Source: Dehalococcoidales bacterium (GTDB lineage Bacteria; Chloroflexota; Dehalococcoidia; Dehalococcoidales; RBG-16-60-22). From it: a stretch of 64,000 nucleotides of DNA. The stretch covers positions 4,856 to 68,855 of the forward strand of contig JBEKAC010000004.1 in NCBI GenBank assembly GCA_050018395.1, given 5' to 3'. Shown one piece after another: positions 57,643 through 64,000 of the stretch. The notes beneath the pieces are model-generated. The model worked only from the letters and a program-made list of their open reading frames with translations. It did no database searches and was not told the origin of the DNA. The position numbers were made by a program, and so were the translations under genes. Each line of letters begins with the position of its first letter. Within the stretch, counting starts at the first letter, position 1.

Positions 57643-60258
57643 GTGAATAGTGATGAACTACGCTCGGCATATCTTAAGTTCTTTGAAGAAAAGGGGCACA
57701 AGATTATCCCCTCCTCCTCCCTTATCCCCAAAGATAATCCCACGTTACTCCTGACTACCGCCGGCATGGTGCAGATACAGCCCTATTTCCTGGGACAGGT
57801 AAAACCCCCCGCCCCCCGCCTTACTTCCTGCCAGAAATGCTTCCGGACGACGGATATCGAGTTCGTCGGCGACGCTTCGCACCTGACCTTTTTTGAAATG
57901 CTGGGCAACTTCAGCGTGGGCGACTATTTTAAAAAAGAAGCCATCGCCTGGGCATGGGAGTTCGTCACGGAAAGGCTCAAGCTCCCTAGGGAAAGGCTCT
58001 GGATAACCATTTATCTCGACGATGAGGATTCTTTTAGAATCTGGCGCGGCATCGGGATACCGGAAGATAAAATCGTTCGCTGCAGTGAGAAGGACAATTT
58101 CTGGGGGCCACCCGGCAGTTCCGGCCCCTGCGGACCAAGCAGCGAGATACACTATGACCTCGGGCAAGAAAAAAGCTGCGGCCCGGACTGCAAGCCCAAC
58201 GACGACGGGTGCAACCGCTTTATCGAGATTTGGAACCTGGTTTTCACCCAGTTTTTCCAGGACGAGCAGGGCAAACGCACCCCGCTGCCCCGGCCGAACA
58301 TCGATACCGGCATGGGGCTGGATAGAACGATAACGGTGGTCAACGGCAAGCAGACCATTTACGAGACTGACCTGTTTGCAACGCTGCTGGAAAAGGTTTC
58401 CGCCCTGACCGGGAAAAAATACGGCGCCCAAGCCGATGATGATAATGCAATGAGAATCGTGGCGGAGCACGGGCGGGCGCTGACTTTTCTCATCGCGGAC
58501 GGCGTCCTGCCGGACAACGAGGGGCGGGGCTACGTTTTGCGGCGGCTTTTACGCCGCGCGGTCCTTTTCGGGCGCCGCCTCGGCCTGGAAAAGCCGTTTT
58601 TAGCGGAAATCGCCAAAGTCGCGGTGAAAAAGATGGGCCACGTTTACCCGGAGCTTAAAGCGCGGCAGGACTTCATCGTGAAACTGGTAACCCTGGAAGA
58701 AACGCGCTTTGAGGAGACACTGAACACCGGACTCGAAATTATCGAGAATCTCCTTTCCTCCGCGGCCGGTAACAAGTCCAGGCAAATATCCGGCGCGGAT
58801 GCCTTTAAGCTTTATGATACTTCCGGCTTTCCGGTGGAGCTGACCCGGGAAATCGTGGCCAGGTCCGGCTTTTCGGTGGATATGGCAGGCTTTGAACGAG
58901 AAATGGAAAAACAGCGGGAACGCGCCCGCGCCTCCCATAAGTTCGACGTGGCGGTGGAGATCGGCGGTAAGAACAAACTGGACGTTAAGGGTACGGAGTT
59001 CGTGGGATACACCTGCCTCGAGCAAAAAAGTAAAATACTTAAATTTCTCATCGATAGCAAGGTGGTGAATACGGTTGAAACCGGCCAGGCCGCCAGCCTG
59101 GTGCTGGATACCAGCCCGTTTTACGGGGAAATGGGCGGCCAGGTAGGGGATACGGGCGAAATTACCGGGCCGCACGGCCGTTTTGCGGTAACGGATACCG
59201 TCCGCCTGCCGCCGGACATTACCATCCATCAGGGCAAGGTGGTCGAAGGCAGCTTTAACACCGGCGAAGAAGTCACAGCGGCGGTGGACATCGAGCGGCG
59301 GCGGGACATCCAGCGCAATCATACGGCCACCCACCTCTTGCAGGCAGCATTGCGGCAGGTGCTGGGCGAACATATCCAGCAGCGCGGCTCGTACGTGGCG
59401 TCGGACCGCTTGCGCTTCGATTTTTCACACCTGGCGGCGATGACCCGCGAAGAAATCAAGGCCGTGCAGCGCATCGTTAACGATAAGATACGGCAGAACC
59501 TCAAGGTATACGACGAGCAGACTGCCTATAAAAAAGCCGTCGAGGCCGGGGCGATTGCCTTGTTCGATGAAAAGTATGGCGATATCGTGCGCGTCATGCG
59601 CATCGGCGAGCCGGCGGTGAGCACAGAGCTTTGCGGCGGCACGCATGTAGCCTATACCGGCGAGATAGGCTATTTCTATATCTTAAGCGAGGGCAGCATC
59701 GGGGCGGGACTAAGGCGTATCGAGGCGGTCACCGGCCGGGAGGCGGAAGCGTTTCTAGACAAAAGTTTGACGAGCCTGGATCGCACCGCTCAATTGCTGG
59801 AAGCCTCACCGGACAACGTCCAGGAAAAGCTTACCACCCTGCTTAATGAATTGGACACACAGAAAAGGCACTCTCTCTCGCTGGAGAGAGAACTGGCTAA
59901 AAAAGAAGCCGAATCGCTGCTGGAAAAAGTCGAAGTAGTCAACGGCGTAAATGTGCTTTCAACGAGGGTATCGTATTCTGATATGCAGATTATGAGGGAA
60001 ATGGCTGATTATATTAAAAACAGGCTTAATAGCGTAATAATAATATTAGGTGCAATCAAAGACGATGGTGCCGTGTTCGTTGCTTCTGTAACACCGGATT
60101 TAATTGAGAAAGGCTATAGCGCAAAAGATATAATAAATAGTATCTCAAAAGTAACTCGTGGTGGTGGTGGTGGAAGAGTAGATTTCGCCCAGGCCGGCGG
60201 CAAAGATAAAAGCAAGCTGGATGAAGCACTCCGTCTGGTAAAGAATATCATTTCGTAG
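57643..60258 (+). CDS. alaS: Alanine--tRNA ligase
   Basis: 871 aa, GTG start. FFEEKGHKIIPSSSLIP, the HTATHLL editing-domain motif, and a C-terminal DHHA1-like GGGGGR. Confidence 0.95.
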   Translation: MNSDELRSAYLKFFEEKGHKIIPSSSLIPKDNPTLLLTTAGMVQIQPYFLGQVKPPAPRLTSCQKCFRTTDIEFVGDASHLTFFEMLGNFSVGDYFKKEAIAWAWEFVTERLKLPRERLWITIYLDDEDSFRIWRGIGIPEDKIVRCSEKDNFWGPPGSSGPCGPSSEIHYDLGQEKSCGPDCKPNDDGCNRFIEIWNLVFTQFFQDEQGKRTPLPRPNIDTGMGLDRTITVVNGKQTIYETDLFATLLEKVSALTGKKYGAQADDDNAMRIVAEHGRALTFLIADGVLPDNEGRGYVLRRLLRRAVLFGRRLGLEKPFLAEIAKVAVKKMGHVYPELKARQDFIVKLVTLEETRFEETLNTGLEIIENLLSSAAGNKSRQISGADAFKLYDTSGFPVELTREIVARSGFSVDMAGFEREMEKQRERARASHKFDVAVEIGGKNKLDVKGTEFVGYTCLEQKSKILKFLIDSKVVNTVETGQAASLVLDTSPFYGEMGGQVGDTGEITGPHGRFAVTDTVRLPPDITIHQGKVVEGSFNTGEEVTAAVDIERRRDIQRNHTATHLLQAALRQVLGEHIQQRGSYVASDRLRFDFSHLAAMTREEIKAVQRIVNDKIRQNLKVYDEQTAYKKAVEAGAIALFDEKYGDIVRVMRIGEPAVSTELCGGTHVAYTGEIGYFYILSEGSIGAGLRRIEAVTGREAEAFLDKSLTSLDRTAQLLEASPDNVQEKLTTLLNELDTQKRHSLSLERELAKKEAESLLEKVEVVNGVNVLSTRVSYSDMQIMREMADYIKNRLNSVIIILGAIKDDGAVFVASVTPDLIEKGYSAKDIINSISKVTRGGGGGRVDFAQAGGKDKSKLDEALRLVKNIIS

Positions 60259-60351
60259 GGGCGTGCACCAACAAAAAGCAATTCTTAAGAATAGGAAACT
60301 CCTCTCACCTTCGCTTTTGCCCTTGTTCCTCGATGTTCGTTACTTTTCTTC

Positions 60352-60819
60352 TTGTTTAAGGAGGCAGCTATTTCACGCATTTTAGGTTTAGATGTTGGCG
60401 ATGTGCGCGTCGGCCTGGCGCTAAGCGACCCGATGGGCATACTGGCCAGCCCTCTCACGATCATTTCACGGCAAAACAGCCCGGCAGACGTTGAAGCGAT
60501 TATCGATATCGCACGTAAAAACGATGTCGCCCGCATCATCGTTGGCCTGCCGTATTCCATGGACGGCAGCTTCGGCTCTCAAGCGGAAAAAGTTTGTGAT
60601 TTTGTCACTCAGCTGTGCAGCCGGACCGATACCCCGGTAGAGTTCAGAGATGAGCGGTTAACCACCGTCCTGGCAAAAAAAATTCTCCAAACTTCCAGGA
60701 AAACCAGCAAAGACACCAAGTATGACGCTGCGGCTGCCGCCGTGATATTACAGGGCTATCTGGATGACGTCCTTCCGCCGCGTGAGTATCAGCCGGACGA
60801 AGAAGTTGACATGGACTAG
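60352..60819 (+). CDS. ruvX: Holliday junction resolvase RuvX/YqgF
   Basis: ISRILGLDVGDVRVGLALSD and IIVGLPYSMDGS. The start is uncertain: TTG 60352 has no SD, while ATT 60370 lies 5 nt after AAGGAGG. Confidence 0.8.
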   Translation: MFKEAAISRILGLDVGDVRVGLALSDPMGILASPLTIISRQNSPADVEAIIDIARKNDVARIIVGLPYSMDGSFGSQAEKVCDFVTQLCSRTDTPVEFRDERLTTVLAKKILQTSRKTSKDTKYDAAAAAVILQGYLDDVLPPREYQPDEEVDMD

Positions 60820-60960
60820 CCCGAATCGGTACAATTGTCCGGACTTTAATCTCGGCCCTCTCCATCAGGGTTAGCTTTGTTGACAAGCCAATCACCCCGC
60901 TAGTATGATAAAGTTGGAAGTATGCCTTCTGGCTTTTTCCTGGAAGGCGGGATGGATAAG

Positions 60961-62028
60961 ATGGCTGTAAAACGCGATTATTATGAGGTACTCGGCCTGC
61001 CGCGCGATGCCTCCAATGAAGATATCAAGAAGGCATTCCGTAAGCTGGCCATGGAGTATCACCCTGACCGTAACCATGATAATGGGGCTGCGGACAAATT
61101 CAAGGAAATCAATGAGGCTTATGAAGTCCTTTCCGATACCGATAAGCGCGCCGCGTATGACCGCTACGGGCACAACGGGGCGGAAAATCTCTTCGGGCGG
61201 GGCTTCGAGGGCTTTGACATGGGCGGCTTCGGGGACATTTTTGAAGCCTTTTTCGGCGGCACCGGCCAAACGCACCGGCAGACCTCAAAGCACGGCGACG
61301 ACCTGCGTTATAATATCAAGGTTACCTTTGAAGAAGCCGCGCTGGGCTGTGAAAAGGAAATAGAAATCGCCCGCACCGAGCTGTGCGCCACCTGCCGCGG
61401 CACGCGCGCCAAACCCGGCACACAGCCGGTACGCTGCGCTACCTGTGAAGGTTCGGGGCAGATACGCCGTGTGCAGCGCAGCCTGTTCGGCCAGTTCATC
61501 AATACCGCCGTTTGCAGCGATTGTCACGGCGAGGGTGTGATTATTAAAGAAGCCTGCCCGGATTGCCGGGGCTCCGGCTACCAGAAGCACAAGCGGCGCA
61601 TTTCTGTTAAAGTACCGGCCGGCATCGATGACGGCAATGGCATCCGGATTTCCGGCGAGGGCGAAGCCGGCTACCGCGGTGGACCGGCGGGAAATCTCTT
61701 CGTCATGATTTCCGTAAAGCCCCACGAGTTCTTCACCCGTGAAGGCGATAATGTCCTTTACGAGCTATCGGTCAATTTCGCTCAGGCGGCTCTCGGCTGC
61801 GAGGTGGAAGTCCCCACCCTCCACGGCCCCAGCAAACTAAAGATCCCTTCCGGCAGCCAGACGGGCAAAGTGTTCCGGGTTAAAGATAAGGGTATCCCCC
61901 ATCTGCACGGCATGGGTAACGGCGACGAGCTGGTTTCGCTGCGCGTGGTGACGCCCGAGTCTCTGAACAAAGAACAGCGCCGGCTTTTTGAAGAGCTAGC
62001 TAAAAGCCTGGATAACGGTAAAAGCTAG
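60961..62028 (+). CDS. dnaJ: Molecular chaperone DnaJ
   Basis: Start ATG 60961 ([13 protein letters not shown]). HPD motif, G/F region, and four CxxCxG zinc repeats. Confidence 0.9.
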   Translation: MAVKRDYYEVLGLPRDASNEDIKKAFRKLAMEYHPDRNHDNGAADKFKEINEAYEVLSDTDKRAAYDRYGHNGAENLFGRGFEGFDMGGFGDIFEAFFGGTGQTHRQTSKHGDDLRYNIKVTFEEAALGCEKEIEIARTELCATCRGTRAKPGTQPVRCATCEGSGQIRRVQRSLFGQFINTAVCSDCHGEGVIIKEACPDCRGSGYQKHKRRISVKVPAGIDDGNGIRISGEGEAGYRGGPAGNLFVMISVKPHEFFTREGDNVLYELSVNFAQAALGCEVEVPTLHGPSKLKIPSGSQTGKVFRVKDKGIPHLHGMGNGDELVSLRVVTPESLNKEQRRLFEELAKSLDNGKS

Positions 62029-63107
62029 GGCTGCGGTTTTTTAGTTGTCGTACCGTTGGCAACGACGCGTTTTTGGTGCCGGAACAGTGAAAACAGTTGC
62101 CAGCGGCGTCCCGCTAGTTCGTGTTTGACATTGCCGCCCATGAGTTCCTGAGCCGCCTTTCCGGGGTCGGCGTTTTCATACAGGACCTGGTAAATTTTTT
62201 CCGCTATCGGCATTTCCAGCCCGAGCTGCTGTGCCAGGTTATGGGCCACCAGAGTGGTATTGACGCCTTCCGCCACCTGGTTCATCGATTCCAGGATTTC
62301 TTCCAGCGGCTTGCCCTTGGCCAACTCCACGCCGACGTAGTGATTGCGGCTCAGCGGGCTGGCGCAGGTGGTGATAACGTCGCCCAGGCCGGCCAGGCCG
62401 GAAAATGTTAGTGGATTGGCGCCCAGCGCCATGCCCAGGGCGGTAATCTCCGTCAGGCCGCGGGTCATGTAAGCGGCTTTGGCGTTATCGCCGTAGCCCA
62501 GCCCGTCGGCGATGCCGGCGCCCAGCGCCAGGATGTTTTTCAGAGCGCCGCCCAGCTCCACCCCGATGACGTCGGTGTTGGAAAATACGCAGAAGTTGGC
62601 GCAAGTCAGGAGTTTCTGGGCTTTCCGGGCGGTATTTTTATCTTCCGCGGCGATAACGCCCGCGGCCGGGTGGCCGTGGATGATCTCTTTGGCCAGTTGC
62701 GGCCCGGAAATTACGCAGATATTGGGCGCGAATTGTGGTTTTATTTCTTCGGCGATGACCTCGGTCATCCGCTTGTTGCTGCCTATTTCCAGCCCTTTGG
62801 AGGCGCTGATAATAATGGAGTTTTTCGTGAGGTGAGGGGCCACGCGGGAGATATTTAGCCGCATCGTATCGGAAGGGACCGGCAGAATCACCGCGCTGAC
62901 GCCGTCCATGGCCTGGGCCATCTGGTGGGTGATAATGATCTCCGTGGGAATGGTGACATCCGGGAAACGGTCCGTGCCTTTCTTTTTTAAGGCGTTGGCT
63001 TCGCGGAGCGTGCGCGCCCACAACCTGACCTCAAAGCCTTTACCGGCCATCAACACGGATAGCGTGATGCCCCAGCTGGTCGTACCGATAACGGCGATTT
63101 TTTCCAT
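62025..63107 (-). CDS. gpsA: NAD(P)H-dependent glycerol-3-phosphate dehydrogenase
   Basis: 360 aa with [11 protein letters not shown] and [12 protein letters not shown]. Confidence 0.9.
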   Translation of the reverse strand: MEKIAVIGTTSWGITLSVLMAGKGFEVRLWARTLREANALKKKGTDRFPDVTIPTEIIITHQMAQAMDGVSAVILPVPSDTMRLNISRVAPHLTKNSIIISASKGLEIGSNKRMTEVIAEEIKPQFAPNICVISGPQLAKEIIHGHPAAGVIAAEDKNTARKAQKLLTCANFCVFSNTDVIGVELGGALKNILALGAGIADGLGYGDNAKAAYMTRGLTEITALGMALGANPLTFSGLAGLGDVITTCASPLSRNHYVGVELAKGKPLEEILESMNQVAEGVNTTLVAHNLAQQLGLEMPIAEKIYQVLYENADPGKAAQELMGGNVKHELAGRRWQLFSLFRHQKRVVANGTTTKKPQP

Positions 63108-63144
63108 TTAGCGTGAACCGTAATTAAGGATGAACACTAAGAAA

Positions 63145-63852
63145 TTATTTGGGGTCATTGGTGCTGGGAGACGTTTGGGTTTTATGTTTTTGCCCGATCT
63201 GCCGCTCCGTGCCGTTGTAGAGACGGAGGATATTATCGCGGTGCATGAAATAGACAAACAGCGCGCCGATCATGGCGAAGACAACATATTCGAACGGCGG
63301 ATATTGTTTATACCAGAAAAACGTGACCTCCAGGACATTAAGCGACATCAGCATGATAAAGGCCGAGATGGCCCCTATAATCGAGCCGAGGGACATGTAT
63401 TTAGTGCGCAGCCCGATGGTAAAGATAAGGATTCCTCCCAGCAGCGCGGCCGGCCAGTACATTGCCGCCAGGCCTCCCATGAAAGTGGCTACCCCGCGTC
63501 CCCCCTTGAATTTTAAAAACACGGACCAGCTATGCCCGGCTATCGCCGAAAGGGCCGCCAGCGCTTTGGCATTACCGATCCAGGTAAAAGCCGATGGTTC
63601 AGGCTGGGTTTTATGGTAAAAGATAAAACCGGCGATCACCACCGCCAGCGCGCCTTTGGCTACGTCCAATACCAGAGAAATCGCGGCGGCTTTTTTACCG
63701 GCCGCCCGCAGGACGTTGGTCATACCTGTTTTGCCGCTTCCCACCTCTCGTACATCCGTTTTGGCGATTTTTTTACTAATCAATACCCCGAAGGGTATCG
63801 CGCCCAGCAGGTAGCCGATCACCGCTACGGCGGCGTACATCAGAACGATCAT
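63145..63852 (-). CDS. plsY: Glycerol-3-phosphate acyltransferase PlsY
   Basis: 235 aa with [20 protein letters not shown] and FKGGRGVAT. Confidence 0.9.
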   Translation of the reverse strand: MIVLMYAAVAVIGYLLGAIPFGVLISKKIAKTDVREVGSGKTGMTNVLRAAGKKAAAISLVLDVAKGALAVVIAGFIFYHKTQPEPSAFTWIGNAKALAALSAIAGHSWSVFLKFKGGRGVATFMGGLAAMYWPAALLGGILIFTIGLRTKYMSLGSIIGAISAFIMLMSLNVLEVTFFWYKQYPPFEYVVFAMIGALFVYFMHRDNILRLYNGTERQIGQKHKTQTSPSTNDPK

Positions 63853-64000
63853 GCTTCACCCCTGGATTTGAAGTGGAAGCGGAGCGGCGTACCGGTAAAA
63901 CCGAATGCCTGGCGGAGCGTGTTTTCCAGGAAACGCCGGTAAGAGAAATGCACCAGCCTGGCATCGTTGGTGAAGAACACAAAGGTAGGCGGATTGGCTT
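63849..64000 (-). CDS. der: GTPase Der (EngA), C-terminal fragment at the window edge
   Basis: Manual translation gives ...[49 protein letters not shown]. The stop TGA overlaps the plsY ATG as ATGA. Confidence 0.75.
   Translation of the reverse strand, partial: ANPPTFVFFTNDARLVHFSYRRFLENTLRQAFGFTGTPLRFHFKSRGEA

Overview
A 64-kb piece of a moderately GC-rich bacterial chromosome. Gene content and protein sequences look Chloroflexota/Dehalococcoidia-like, but that is an unverified guess. Core backbone: tRNA-Thr/Tyr/Thr-tuf-rpmG-secE-nusG-rplKAJL, a separate minus-strand rpoB-rpoC, ruvB, ychF, holA, alaS, ruvX, dnaJ, gpsA-plsY-der, asd, comM, queH, plus many redox and DUF genes. Main accessory feature: an ~8.8-kb integrative element (9283-18095) inserted in tRNA-Asn(GTT) and bounded by an exact 42-bp direct repeat. 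It carries a tyrosine integrase, an orphan Mu-gpT-like capsid module, ~0.9 kb of non-coding DNA with a heptamer array, and a tight dcm / MORC-like GHKL ATPase / degenerate-methyltransferase-like operon with a convergent vsr. That operon is my best candidate for an undescribed defence or modification system. Other points of interest: a strongly AT-rich orphan PIN-like gene, a decayed tRNA-Asn-like relic, and a four-member cupin-like paralog family (three in tandem). There is also a QueG/RdhA-like Fe-S gene with two methyltransferases, a galU pseudogene (in-frame TGA plus a frameshifting deletion), and probable non-canonical start codons for ruvB and ruvX. EF-Tu carries a Cys4 insertion and L7/L12 has an N-terminal extension. 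No CRISPR array, rRNA or transposase was seen. All functional calls come from reading motifs by eye; no database search was run.
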